64,000 nt of DNA, from positions 1 to 64,000 of the forward strand of contig CAVUHW010000022.1 of the NCBI GenBank assembly GCA_963741205.1, written 5' to 3'. Below are positions 20,484 to 32,358 of the stretch, in pieces (the stretch's first letter is position 1; each line of letters starts with the position of its first letter). This DNA comes from Nitrospirota bacterium. Lineage in GTDB: Bacteria > Nitrospirota > UBA9217. Position numbers and translations under genes: made by a program. The notes under the pieces are model-generated. The model had not been told where the DNA came from and ran no database searches. It worked only from the letters and a program-made list of their open reading frames with translations.

Positions 20484-20584
20484 TGGTTCACTTCCTCCTC
20501 TGGTAAGGATATCCCTCTTGAATGGAGGGGTTCGTTCTTATAAACTTGCTGCCTTCATGCGGATCTCCGCACGGCACTCTTTGA

Positions 20585-20667
20585 CCCATCCCCCTCTCAA
20601 TCTCCCCCTTGAAGGGGGAGAAGTTGATTTCCCTCACTTCAAGGGGAGGGTTAGGGCGGGGATGGGT
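20585..20667. repeat. REP-like CCCATCCCC...GGGGATGGG multi-hairpin
   Basis: CCCATCCCC..CTCCCCCTTGAAGGGGGAG..AAGGGGAGGG..GGGGATGGG. Confidence 0.6.
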
Positions 20668-20691
20668 TTATCGATGTTGGCAGTGGCCAAG

Positions 20692-21123
20692 CTACGAAGC
20701 GAGGACCTCTTCGCGTTTTAAGATCCTGATGCCGGCATTTTGCAGGGTGTCGATGGCCTTCTCGATTTCGTCAAACCGGAATATCAGGACGGCATTGCCT
20801 TCGCATTTCCGGACGAAGGCGTACATGTATTCGACGTTGATGCTTTTCCCCCGCAGGGCGCTCAGGATCCCCGCGAGGCCGCCGGGCAAATCGGGCACCT
20901 CCACCGCGACGACCTCGTTCTGGCCTACGGTAAAGCCGTTGTCCTTGAGGAGCTGTTTCGTTTTTTCCAGATCGCTTACGATGAGCCGCAGGATCCCGAA
21001 ATCAACGGTATCGGCCAGCGAGAGCGCCCGGATGTTGATCCCGTTTTTGGCAAGGATGTCGGTTATATCGGCAAGCCGCCCCGATTTGTTCTCGAGAAAT
21101 ATGGATATCTGCTCAACCTTCAC
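20692..21123 (-). CDS. ACT-domain protein
   Basis: [33 protein letters not shown]; GTG start. Confidence 0.88.
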   Translation of the reverse strand: MKVEQISIFLENKSGRLADITDILAKNGINIRALSLADTVDFGILRLIVSDLEKTKQLLKDNGFTVGQNEVVAVEVPDLPGGLAGILSALRGKSINVEYMYAFVRKCEGNAVLIFRFDEIEKAIDTLQNAGIRILKREEVLAS

Positions 21124-21191
21124 GGGCCCCTCCCGGCTGAACGGCGTTCGCTGTGCGCGACCGGCCGTTGACGAATCCAGAGAAACGCATA

Positions 21192-21221
21192 ATAATATGT
21201 CGATTCGCGTGTCTTTGTCAA
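21192..21221 (-). promoter_or_regulatory. Sigma70 promoter for the ACT-liv operon
   Basis: Minus strand TTGACA-N18-TATTAT. Confidence 0.5.
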
Positions 21222-21431
21222 GGCAAAGCTGATGGGGTTTCGTCTTGCCTTTTCCGCGTCGATTTATACTATTTTTAACGCATTCAAGAAATTCAAAATG
21301 CACCACGCGCGACACAGATGACACGGAAACCATTCGGTATTGTTAAGAGCCAAAGACTGCTTTTCTCCGCGCCCTCCGTGCCTCTGTGAGTAAATCCGAC
21401 TTTATTATGACCTTATCATTCTTTATCCATC

Positions 21432-22734
21432 ATGAAGACCTATTTCGAATTCGCAAAACACCGTACCGGCTATAAACAGGAAACGCTCGCGGGCATCGCC
21501 ACGTTCCTCACCATGGCCTACATCGTCGTGGTGAATCCCGCAATACTTGAGGCCGCCGGCATCCCCAAAGGGCCGTCCATGACGGCTACGATCCTTTCGG
21601 CGGCCTTCGGCACGCTCGTCATGGGCGTTTACGCGAAAAGGCCTTTTGCGATCGCGCCGTACATGGGCGAGAATGCCTTCATCGCCTTCACCGTGGTCAA
21701 GGTGCTTGGGCTCCCCTGGCAGACGGCCTTGGGCGCGATCTTCGTTGCCGGGGTCCTCTTCTCCGTGCTGACCGTGACCAAAGTGAGGGGATGGCTCGCG
21801 GACACGCTCCCTCCGTCCCTCAAGCACAGTTATTCCGTGGGCATCGGGCTCTTTCTCACCTTCATCGGCCTGAACCTGACCGGGATCGTGACGCTCGGTG
21901 TGCCCGGCGCGCCCGTGGGCCTCGGCAGGCTTTCGGAGCCCACGGTCCTTCTTGCCGTGTTCGGGTTCTTCGTGATCGTCTGGCTCATGATCAAAAAGGT
22001 CAGGGGCGCGGTCATCATCGGCATTCTCGCGACAACGCTCCTTTCTTTTATCCTGGGGATCACGCCGGCGCCGAAATCGTGGATGGGCCTGCCGCCGGGC
22101 CTCGGTCCCATCGCCCTCAAGGTGGATATCGTTGACGCGCTCTCTCTCAAGAACCTGCCCATCGCCCTCATCATCTTCGTGATGGCCTTCGTGGACACGG
22201 TGGGGACGCTGATCGGGCTCTCGGCGCGCGCGGGGCTTCTTGATGAAAAGGGGAACCTGCCGCAATATCGAGAGGCCCATGCTTGCCGACGCAGTCGCGA
22301 ACCTGATCGCGCCGCTCCTCGGGACCACGACGACGGGGGCCTATATCGAGTCCGCGGCAGGCATCACCGAGGGGGGCCGCACCGGCTTCACCGCTCTCAT
22401 AGTTGCGGGCCTCTTCCTTTTGACGCTGTTCCTTGCGCCGGTCCTGACCTCGGTGCCGCCCCACGCCTACGGCACGGCGCTCGTGGTGATCGGCATCTTC
22501 ATGCTTGGTCCGCTCCGGGCGGTCGACTTCAGTGACTATACCGAGCTGGTTCCCGCCTTTCTGACGATCTCGCTGATGGTCTTCACGTTCAACATCGGCG
22601 TGGGGATGACGGCCGGCCTGCTTTCCTATCCCCTGTTGAAGACGGTTAGCGGCAGGCGCAAGGAAGTCCGCGCAGGCATGTGGATATTCGCCGCGTTCTC
22701 GCTCTTGTTCTACATTTTTTATCCCTATCGGTGA
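21432..22734 (+). CDS. NCS2/AzgA-family purine permease (frameshift near 22265)
   Basis: TFLTMAYI, PYMGENAF, DTVGTLIG, YIESAAGITEGGRTG. Confidence 0.9.
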
Positions 22735-22806
22735 ACCTGGTAACGGCACTTGGACGCAGATTTCGTAGATGACCACGAGTACGCGCTTCTTAGCGACGCA
22801 GGAAAT

Positions 22807-22834
22807 TTGACACTGGTGTATATTCTGATAGAAT
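22807..22834 (+). promoter_or_regulatory. Sigma70 promoter
   Basis: TTGACA-N16-TAGAAT upstream of the K+ channel gene. Confidence 0.55.
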
Positions 22835-22894
22835 ACCGTATTCTGATTCAGGGGATTCGTTCCCACATCAAAGGATAGGATCTCACGATAAGAC

Positions 22895-23932
22895 ATGAAC
22901 CCTGTCAAGGACCTGAAAATATCACTCTTGATACTCGTGGTGCTCATAACTCTGGGCACGGCAGGGTACATGCTCATCGAAGGCTGGGGTTTTCTCGATG
23001 CCCTCTACATGACGGTCATCACCCTTGCCACCGTGGGGTTCAATGAGGTGCACCACCTGAGCGATGCAGGCCGGGTGTTCACTATCCTGCTGATCGTCAT
23101 CGGCGTGAGCGTCCTGGGGTACATCGTGGGCAAGCTGGCGCAGACCATGTTTGAGGGTCAGTTCCAGCGTTTTCTTGGGAGGAAAAAAGTGGAAAAGTCG
23201 ATCGAGGAGCTGCGGGACCACTATATCGTCTGCGGGTACGGGAGGATCGGCTCGCTCATCTGTAAGGAGTTCTCGGCCAAGCCGGTCCCCTTCGTGGTGG
23301 TGGAGAACAGTCCGGCCGTGCTCGAAAAGCTGGAGGAGGACAGCGTCCTCTTCCTGCGCGGAAACGCCACGGAGGATGAGACACTGCTCAAGGCCGGGAT
23401 CAAGAGGGCCAAGGGGCTCGTCTCCGTGGTCACTTCGGACACGGAAAACGTGTACATCACCTTGACCGCCCGGGGGCTGAAGCCGGACCTCTATATCCTT
23501 GCCCGCTCGGGAGAGCCGGGCTCGGACATCAAACTCAAGCGCGCGGGCGCGAACAAGGTGGTCTCTCCCTACCATATCGGCGGGACCCGCATGGCCCAGG
23601 CCATCCTGAGGCCCAACGTGGTGGACTTCATCGAGATCGCCACGGGGAGGGGACACCTCGACCTGCAGATGGAAGAGATCACGATTTCCGATCAGTCGCC
23701 TTTCATCGGCAAGAACCTGAAGGACGTGTGCCGCAAGCGCGACACGGGTGTGATCATCGTCGGGATCAAGAAAGCGGACGGCAAGATGGTCTTCAACCCC
23801 GGCGGGACGAGCAACTTCGACGCTCGGGACACGCTCATCGTCCTGGGCCAGCCGTCGGAGATAACGAAGCTCGAAAATCTCATGGAAGACAACGAGTTGG
23901 AGGAAGGGGCAAGCGAGGGGCTTTATTCATGA
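22895..23932 (+). CDS. Potassium channel with RCK (TrkA-N/C) domains
   Basis: Pore TLATVGF, HYIVCGYGRIG, TrkA-C tail. Confidence 0.9.
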   Translation: MNPVKDLKISLLILVVLITLGTAGYMLIEGWGFLDALYMTVITLATVGFNEVHHLSDAGRVFTILLIVIGVSVLGYIVGKLAQTMFEGQFQRFLGRKKVEKSIEELRDHYIVCGYGRIGSLICKEFSAKPVPFVVVENSPAVLEKLEEDSVLFLRGNATEDETLLKAGIKRAKGLVSVVTSDTENVYITLTARGLKPDLYILARSGEPGSDIKLKRAGANKVVSPYHIGGTRMAQAILRPNVVDFIEIATGRGHLDLQMEEITISDQSPFIGKNLKDVCRKRDTGVIIVGIKKADGKMVFNPGGTSNFDARDTLIVLGQPSEITKLENLMEDNELEEGASEGLYS

Positions 23933-24092
23933 ACCGATACAATTATGATGACCGCTTTTTTCCGGGCATACACGGAAGGGTGGATGTGAAGAGAGGCCGA
24001 TACCCTGAAAAAAACATTCACCGTTCGGCCTCTCCGAAGTGGTAAAATTATAGTATAAGAGAGAGTTTTTCGGAAAAGAGAGGTGAATGCAT

Positions 24093-24273
24093 ATGGTAGT
24101 CAACCTGGAAAAGAAGGAAGTTGATCTGCTCGTCACCGAGCTGGAGCATTCCACCATTCCTAACCTGCGGGAGTTTATCGCATCAGGACTGAGGAAGGAC
24201 ACACAGGGATGAGTTGAAACAGGACGAGGAAACACTGAAGCAGGTCCTTGAAAAGCTCAAAATTGCCGCCTGA
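24093..24273 (+). CDS. Small hypothetical protein (one frameshift)
   Basis: GAGGTG RBS; MVVNLEKKEVDLL...LKQVLEKLKIAA. Confidence 0.5.
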
Positions 24274-24375
24274 CCGGGGACAGCAGGAGAACATTGAAAT
24301 TTCTCCCCACAGAACTCTGTCAAGAGGAACGCAGGTTAAATATGTGCGTTCCTTTTGTTTTTAAGAGGTCTTTTC

Positions 24376-24648
24376 ATGCCCGATATCAAGCTGGAGGTCA
24401 CAATCTACGCAGGCTACCGCGGCGCGGAACGTCCAAAGTCGTTCCTGTTCGAGGGAAGCACGGTGGAGGTGCTCGGAATCCTGCGGATGTGGGTGGAGGA
24501 AGAGCACAAGACCAGGCTGCAGAAGCGGTTTTTCACGGTCTCGGGTGATGATACGTACGCGTACACACTTTACCACGAACTCGAATCCGGGGAGTGGTTC
24601 CTGAGGAAGAGGGAAAAGAGTGAAGGACGATCCGGATGGAACACCTGA
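24376..24648 (+). CDS. Conserved hypothetical protein
   Basis: YAGYRGAERPKSF...RFFTV...YTLYH. Confidence 0.6.
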   Translation: MPDIKLEVTIYAGYRGAERPKSFLFEGSTVEVLGILRMWVEEEHKTRLQKRFFTVSGDDTYAYTLYHELESGEWFLRKREKSEGRSGWNT

Positions 24649-24682
24649 GCAGGGTCGTGTCTTGAATGCTCTTTCTTTTTGT

Positions 24683-24746
24683 GTCATTCCGGGCTTGACC
24701 CGGAATCCATTTTTAGCCACTGGATTCCCGCTTTCGCGGGAATGAC
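24683..24746. repeat. REP-like GTCATTCC...GGAATGAC element
   Basis: GTCATTCCGGGCTTGACCCGGAATCCA ... TGGATTCCCGCTTTCGCGGGAATGAC, nearly identical to the 3468 copy. Confidence 0.75.
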
Positions 24747-24757
24747 AATAAAAGTTA

Positions 24758-26419
24758 TTACCGTCCCTGCCCCATGGAGAGCACCTGACCGATCGCGGGA
24801 ATGAAGTCCTTCTTTCGCGACATGACGCGCGGGACGGTGCAGGTATCGTTCACGACCTTCACGCCAAACGCCTTCTCGACAATCCACGTTTCTCCCCGCA
24901 GTAAAATGCGCTCCTGCACCTTGCCGAGGGGATTTAAAACCAGAAGCACCGTGAGATCGTAGTTGTTCGCCGAACGCAGGCGCTCGAGTTCCGCGACCAA
25001 CTCCCGCTCGCGCGCGTCGATCTCCGCGCAGTCAAGCGACATCATCTGGCTCACGCCGAGCTTCTTGCCTCCGATTGAAAATTCCTTGAAGTCCGCCGCG
25101 ATCAGCTCCGCCGCGCCCTTGTCCTCGATATTGATGCTTGCATGCAGGAGCTCCTTGGCGTAGGACTGGACGTCGATGCCCGCGATCTCGGAAAGGCGGC
25201 GGGCCGCATCGCGGTCGCGTTCGGTGGTGGTCGAGAGCGTCAGAAGCAGCGTGTCCGACAATATCCCGGAGAGCAGGAGCCCGGCGATTTCCTTCGTGAT
25301 GTGCGTCTGGTGGAGGAACATGATGCCGGCCACCACGGTGCAGGTGCTCCCCACGGGGTCGTTATACACGTAGATCGGCGCCGTGGTGGAGATGTCGCCC
25401 ACGCGGTGGTGGTCGATGATCTCGAGGATCTCGGCCTCCTCGATGCCGTCCACGGCCTGGGAAAGCTCGTTATGATCGACGAGGATCGCCATCTTGCGCA
25501 CCGGTTTCAAGAGGTCCGTCCGGGTGATGAATCCGATCAGGCGATTGTCGCTGTCCACGACGACCACGGAACGGTAGTCGGATTCCACGATCTTCGACCG
25601 GACCTCCGCCATGGGAGTGTAGAGCCCTACGGTCGGGCACGACGCGGTCATGATCGACGACACCGGCTCGGACATGGTCATGAGCTGGACCGTGGCGAAG
25701 GCCGGGTGGCGGGACGAAATGAGAAGAACGCCTTTTTCCCTGGCCGCCGCGATGACCTCGTTTGGAATCTGGGCGTTGTCGGTCACGATCACGGCGGAAC
25801 AGCCCATCCGGATGAGCTCGAGCTGCACATCGATCTGGTCGCCCGCAACCACGACATCGCCGGGACGTATCCGGTTCAGCATGGTCCCCCGCTGCATGGC
25901 CGCGATCAAGACCCTGCCGGTCAGGACCGAGAGCTGTTTGGTATTGCTGATCACGCGGCCGTCGAGGGTCTTAAGGAGAATGTCGAGCTCGATCGGCGCC
26001 TTCGAGAGGTCCGCGAAGCCCACGCTTTCGATGTAATGACGGGCGATGTCCTTGAGGCCCACGACGCCGGCCAGCCTGCCGGATTCGTCCACGACCGGGA
26101 CCGAGCGAACGCCCTGCTCGCGCATGAGCAGCGCCAGCTCCTGGATTGAATCCCGGACGCCGACGGCAATGGGCCGCTTGAGGTCGAGGTCGCTCACCGT
26201 GGCCACGAGGCTGTCGATTTCGGCCGAGGGGGGGACGCCGAACTGCTCGAGCACGAAGGCGGTCTCGTGGTTCAGCTTTCCGGCGCGAACGGGGGTGAAC
26301 AGGTACCGCTTGTCCGTCACGTTCTTAAAGTAGGCGTAGACGATGGAGGAGCAGACCGAATCCGTGTCCGGTGTCGTGTGCCCCACCACGTAAACTGTTT
26401 TGACCCGATCAGGGCTCAT
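24758..26419 (-). CDS. ppaC: Family II Mn-dependent inorganic pyrophosphatase with CBS-DRTGG insert
   Basis: GHTTPDTDS, LVDHNE, IIDHHR, ILSDTL, MSRKKD. Confidence 0.9.
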   Translation of the reverse strand: MSPDRVKTVYVVGHTTPDTDSVCSSIVYAYFKNVTDKRYLFTPVRAGKLNHETAFVLEQFGVPPSAEIDSLVATVSDLDLKRPIAVGVRDSIQELALLMREQGVRSVPVVDESGRLAGVVGLKDIARHYIESVGFADLSKAPIELDILLKTLDGRVISNTKQLSVLTGRVLIAAMQRGTMLNRIRPGDVVVAGDQIDVQLELIRMGCSAVIVTDNAQIPNEVIAAAREKGVLLISSRHPAFATVQLMTMSEPVSSIMTASCPTVGLYTPMAEVRSKIVESDYRSVVVVDSDNRLIGFITRTDLLKPVRKMAILVDHNELSQAVDGIEEAEILEIIDHHRVGDISTTAPIYVYNDPVGSTCTVVAGIMFLHQTHITKEIAGLLLSGILSDTLLLTLSTTTERDRDAARRLSEIAGIDVQSYAKELLHASINIEDKGAAELIAADFKEFSIGGKKLGVSQMMSLDCAEIDARERELVAELERLRSANNYDLTVLLVLNPLGKVQERILLRGETWIVEKAFGVKVVNDTCTVPRVMSRKKDFIPAIGQVLSMGQGR

Positions 26420-26828
26420 AAAGAAATTTCCGGTTATGCTGATTGTCGGCAACACGAATTTATTCGTTGCGAGTTGCGCGTACCCGGCTCATGCGAAAAC
26501 GCCGGGGTAGGCGAGTTGCGAGTTTACCCGGTGACACGCAACGCGCAACCCGTAACGATTTTTTTCATACTTCCAGTATTACCGTAAAGAGGGAAGGGTT
26601 GTCAAGTCCATAATCGGCTCAGCTGTTAAATCAGCGGACAAACGACGATAATAAGGCGGGGTTTATTGAGTCAAGGCCTGACATTCTGACAAGTGGCAGA
26701 TGCCATGGGCAGTGTCTTCTTCTTTCGGCATTCAAGCGCAACCCTCTTTGCGATTATACTTTCTCGAACGTGCACATCGCAACTTACTTCTTGAAGTGCG
26801 ATCGTCTTCAGAGGCACATGGCCCTCCC

Positions 26829-27790
26829 TTATTCTTTCAAGGTTTCGTTCGCCCTCTTCAGGTTCTCATGGGCCTTCCCGTAAAAGGCGGGGTTCAACTC
26901 AATGGCCTTTTCAAAGGCAAGAGCGGCTTCCTTGTTTTTCCCGTCAAGCATGTAGAGATACCCGATGTTGTTCTCAGCCTTTGCCTGGCTGCCGGCCCTG
27001 TTAAAAGCCTCACGGGCCATGCGATATTCTCCCAGTTTGCCCAAAGTAACTGCAAGGTTGTTGAAAACCCTGCTCCCCTCTTCGCCTTTCTCTATCGCTG
27101 TGGTGAAGGCGTCTTTCGCCTTATCGTACTCTCCATTCATGTAGTATGAAACCCCAAGGTTATTATAGACCGCGCCCGCATCGGGCTTTATTGAAATCGC
27201 AATCCTGTAATGGTCAATGGCCGGGTTGAATTTTCTCTGCCTGTCGTAGGCGATGCCGAGCAGGTCATGAGCCTCCCAGAGACGATCGTTTATGTTCAGG
27301 GCCTTCATGAAATATTCAATGGCCTTTTCATTATCGTTGTCGAGGAGATAGGCCCTTCCCATTGCCTCATGGGCGAGGGCGTTCTTCGGGTCCTTCTTCA
27401 ATATCTTTTCGAATTCCCTGCGGGCTTCTTCCGTCATGCCCTTGAGTAAAAAAAGCCTTCCTGTCTTATACGAAGCCGAGGGCCTTTCAGGCTCCATCTG
27501 GAGCGCCTTCGTAGTAATTGACGAAGGCTGCGGTGATATCGCCCCGCTGAAGATTGATGTCCCCGAGGTGCTCGTAATTTTCGGCTGTATCCAGCGCTTC
27601 CTCGGCTTTTTTGCCCTCTGTGGTCAAGAGCCTGCGCTCGGGCGGTTTCGTATTTCATTGCTTTCGGGACGGCCCCGGCGTTATTCGTTGCAGCAGCCGG
27701 AAAGCAGAGAGAAGTATCGCCCTGTCTGCCAGGACAGAACCAAGAAGAGATTGCAATTCTGCTAGTCCAGTTCGTTCTTTGCATGATCAT
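26829..27790 (-). CDS. TPR lipoprotein, TadD-like (frameshifted)
   Basis: Repeated YNNLG/NNIG TPR motifs; last gene of the Tad operon. Confidence 0.75.
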
Positions 27791-27792
27791 GC

Positions 27793-28761
27793 TACCAATT
27801 CTTGAACTCGCCTTCTCAACGATGCATCCTGTAGAATCTCTTATTATCGCAGCCTGGATCCCTATCAGAGCGTCAAAATGAGAGCGGGCAAGATGAAGAA
27901 TACCAGAGGAAAAAGGATCTTTACAGGCAGTTTGGCTGCAATCTCTTCGGCCCGCTGGTATCTCTTCGTCCTCATCGAATCGGAATGCACCCTCAGAGCC
28001 TGCGCCACCCGGGTGCCGAATTTGTCGGTCTGGATGAGAAGGGTAACGAGGCTCGACACGTCTTCGAGGTCCGTCCTCTCGGCGAGGTTCCGCAGGGCGT
28101 CGGCCCTCGGCTTGCCTGCCCGGAGCTCCAGACTCAGTATCCTGAACTCATCGCCCAGTTCCTTACTTTTAAGCGATATCTCATCGCCCACCCGCTTTAT
28201 GGCCGCATCAAGCCCCATGCCGGCCTCAACGCAGACGACCATGAGGTCCAGGGCGTCGGGGAATCCTTCGAAGATTTTCTCTCTTTCTGTCCTGCGTTTT
28301 CCGGTAAAGATAAAAATCGGGAAGATAAAAGCCCGCGACAGCGGAAAACAACCATGAGTACCAGGAACTGCTGGGCTGGCAGGGTCTTCAGGAACGTGAA
28401 TTTTAGTACCACGAAGAGCGCAGAAAAAAGAACGGCCGTGACGATCTTCGAACCGAAAAATACCACAGGCTGTTTTCTCCATAGTATCCCGCTCTCACAA
28501 GCTTTTTCCTGGTCTGTGAGACATCCGCTTCATTTTTCGGCCTGACCGTTTCGCCGAACCTGCTTACCGTCTTCAGAAGAAACCCTTTCCACTTCCGCTC
28601 CTGCGAGACGCCTTCGTATTTGTCCGGCGTTGTCTCTTTTCTTATCCTTTCCCTGATGTCTTATTTTCTTTTTATAAAGGTTCGAATAATAGAACGTGAG
28701 AAAGCCCAGCAAGCAAAACCAGAACAAATATCAAGCCTGCTATGAAAAGACTACTGTCCAT
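27793..28761 (-). CDS. tadC: Tad inner-membrane platform protein (frameshifted)
   Basis: FPDALDLMVVCVEAGMGLD, RAEEIAAKLPVKILFPL. Confidence 0.85.
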
Positions 28762-28776
28762 TTTTTTCGCCCCTCC

Positions 28777-29747
28777 TTATGCCTTTATGGAGACCATTTT
28801 TTTCATCACATAAATGCCGAAGCCCATCATGATGAGAGCTATTATGATAAGACACGCTCCCGATGGGGTCGGAGAAAAGCACCTTGATATATTCGGGATT
28901 GAGAACGGAAAGGAACCCGACCAAGAAAAAGGGCATTGCCACGAGTACCGATCGCCGACATTCTGCCTTCGGCGGAAAGGACCCGCACACGGCCCTGGAA
29001 CTTGAAGCGCTCCCGTATCAGGCGGCCCAGGTTTTCGAGTATCTCTGCCAGGTTGCCTCCGGTCTCTCTCTGGATGATAACGGAGACGGCGAAGAACTTG
29101 AGGTCTTCGCAGTCCACCCTTTGTGTCAGATTTGTCAGGGCTTCGGGCACGCCATCCCGAAATTGATCTCATCGAGGGTCTTTCCGAATTCGGTGCCCAC
29201 CGGGTCTCCGAACTCCTCGGCCACCAATCTCAAGCCCGCCGGTAAAGGCATGGCCGGCCTTGAGGGCCCGCGCGACAAGTTCGAGGGCATCGGGCAGCTG
29301 TCTCTCGAATTTTTCCATCCTCTTCTTCCTCTTGTGAGAGAGGTAGAGAAAAGGGGCCGTTGCCAGAAGGACCGACGGAAGCGCCATGGCAAAAAGGTTT
29401 ATTCTCATGACTGATTGCCAGAAAGAATCCGGCAAAGAAAAGCAGCACGGAAAGAATCACGTAGACCCCGAGCGGATGGGGCGTAGCTGGCCTGACCGTG
29501 CAGGCGCTCGAGCCAGGGGATAAAGCGAGGCTTTGAGGAGCTATCTGTTCAGCCAGGGGATTTCGCTCAGGGTCCTTTTCTTTACGATGTCTATCGCCTC
29601 ATTCCCGCGGCCTGACATCGAGAGAGTCTTCAGCCGTTGATGCACCTTCCTCTGCTCCGGCTTGTATATTTTTTTTACGAAGAAGTACCCCTGGTGAATC
29701 AAAAGCAGGGTGAACAGGAAAACTCCCACTCCGATCAGTATTTCCAT
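28777..29747 (-). CDS. tadB: Tad inner-membrane platform protein (frameshifted)
   Basis: QLPDALELVARALKAGH, IQRETGGNLAEIL, LSAEGRMS. Confidence 0.85.
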
Positions 29748-29761
29748 TTTCAGGTCCTCTC

Positions 29762-31134
29762 TCAGATTTCCATGACGTTGTTTTCGTCAAAGAGCTCGTA
29801 CGGCACGGGGATGTTCATGACTTTGAACTTTTCGATGAACTTGGGCATGATCCCTCCGGCGACGAACCTTCCCCTGACCATTCCCTTGTGTCTATGCCGG
29901 TCTGCTTGAAGGCGAATATCTCCTGCATCGTCACCACGTCGCCCTCCATGCCCGTTATCTCATGGACACTCACGACCTTTCTCGTCCCGTCCACCAGACG
30001 CGCCAGCTGGATAAGGACGTGGATGGCGGAACTGATGTACTTCCGTATCGCCTCGTTCGGAATATTCAGCCCTGCCATGGACACGATCGTCTCAAGGCGC
30101 ATGAGGGCGTCGCGAGGGGTATTGGCGTGGATCGTGGTCAGGGAGCCGTCATGGCCGGTGTTCATGGCCTGCAGCATGTCCACGGCCTCCTTGCTGCGGA
30201 CCTCGCCCACGATGATCCTGTCCGGACGCATCCGGAGGCTGTTCCTTACGAGGTCGCGCGCGGTGATCTCTCCCCGGCCTTCTATGTTCGGCGGCCTCGT
30301 TTCGAGGCGCACGACATGTTCCTGCTTCAGCTGCAGTTCCGCCGAGTCTTCGATGGTGATGATCCGCTCGTCGGCCGGGATGAACCGGGAAAGGACGTTC
30401 AGGAGCGTCGTCTTGCCCGAGCCGGTGCCGCCGGATATCATCACATTGAGCCGTGCCCGGACAATGCCCTTGAGAAGGGTCCCGAGCTCCGGGGTCAGGG
30501 TCCGCAGGCCGATCAGGTCTTCGAGCTCGAGGGGGTCCACGGCAAAGCGCCTGATCGAGAGCATCGGCCCGTCGATCGCCAGGGGCTTTATGATGGCATT
30601 CACCCTCGATCCGTCGGCAAGGCGGGCGTCCACCATGGGGCTCGATTCGTCGATCCTCCGTCCCACGGCTGAGACGATCTTGTCGATGATCCTTCTTAAG
30701 TGTGCGTCGTCCTTGAACCGGGCCTCGGTCTTCTCCAGCTTGCCGTATCTCTCAACATAGATCTGCCGGTACGTGTTGACGAGTATGTCCGATACCGTCG
30801 GATCGCGCATGAAGGGCTCGATGGGGCCCAGGCCCATCACTTCGTCCTCTATGTCCTTGAGAAGCTTTTCACGCTCCTGGAAGTTAAGAGGCACCGTGTT
30901 TTTTTCTTCGGAGAGTACGCGCTCGGCGAGCCTTCTTATCTCCTGCCTGAGATGGCCCTTTTCGATGGTCTCAAGAAGCTTGAGATCCATGACGTCCAGA
31001 AGCTTGTTCTGGATGGCTGTTTTCAGTTCCTGGTATTCGTTCGTGGCGGCAAAGCCATGGTTGGCCATCGACATGAGGGACTCTTTAAATCCCGCGGTTT
31101 CCGGTGCCTTTCCCAATCCTTTTATCTCCTGCAT
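29762..31134 (-). CDS. cpaF: Tad pilus assembly ATPase CpaF/TadA
   Basis: [37 protein letters not shown]. Confidence 0.93.
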
Positions 31135-31168
31135 TGTGGACCCTCCGCAACAAAGTTTTAATCAGATG

Positions 31169-32339
31169 CTACTTTTTTCCCATGAAGAAGTTCAAGGGTG
31201 AGAAAAGAGATTTTTCCTTCTTGGGGCTTCCTTATGAAGCAGCAAGGCGGCCAGTTCCCGGAAATTCTCCATGACAGCGGATTTCAGGCCACGTCCGAAA
31301 GGGTCTTTCCGGTATTGATGGCCGACATGGTCGTCTCGTAATCGTTCGGGATCATGGAGACGATTTTCCTTCCGAGGGTCTTTTCCGCTTCATCGGGAGA
31401 CACCATGGTTTTTTTCTGATAGCGGTTGATGACGACTTTTATGTCCTTCCCGTAGGAGAGGCCCAGGCCATCGAAGGTCTCCAGAAGTCTCTTGGCGTTA
31501 ACGACGGAGAGGAAAGTTTAATTCGGAGACCACCAGTATCGTGTCCGAAAGGGCGAGCATCCGCAGCGACAGATCGTCAAAGGACTTGCAGCCGTCCATC
31601 ACGATGATGTCGAAGGCGGACCGCATGAGGCCCACGAGCTTTTCCATGGTCTCGGGGGTTGCCGCTCTCCAGCCCCAGGGGCTTCGAAGGAGCGGGCAGG
31701 ACATGGATCCCCGTGGGATGCTTGTAAAGGGTGTTTAAGAGATAGGTGGAGTCCATGCGCGCGATGTCCCTGGCCCCATCGGCCCAGCTGAAAGAGTGTC
31801 TTTATGTCGAGAAAAAGATGGACCCCGCCGAGAAGGGGGTTCATGTCCATCAGGGCCACGGACTTTTCCCCGGCCATCTGCTGAGAGAGACGGCAAGGTT
31901 CACGGCCGTCGTCGTCGCGCCCACGCCGCCCTTGCTTCCGATAACACTGATGAGAATGCCCTTTTTCTCTTTCGCTTTTTCAGGACCTTCCGCCTCGATG
32001 CTCTTTTTAATTTCGTCAAGAGAGGCGATGACCTCTTCCTTATTGATCGGCTGGGGGAAAAATTCCTTTACTCCCGTCTTCAATGCCTTTAAGAGGACCT
32101 CCGGGTCCTTGCTCGAAGAGGTGAGGAAGACCTCCCTGGCCAGGCCTTTTGCCCTTGATGTGTTCTACGAGCTTGAACTCCTCATCAAGGTCATGGCCTA
32201 TTTCCACGACCATGACGTCGCAGGGAGTGCCGTTGCTGCTGATGGAGAAACCCGGGACCGCAGAAACGGCCTCTTCCAGGTCAAGCGCGGCTGCGGGATT
32301 TTTTATGTTCAGTTTGACGGCTATCTTTTTTTCAGGCAT
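31169..32339 (-). CDS. cpaE: CpaE/TadZ-like receiver-MinD protein (several frameshifts)
   Basis: GVKEFFPQP, GSKGGVGATT, FDIIVMD. Confidence 0.8.
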
Positions 32340-32358
32340 TTCACTGATTCTCTCCGTT

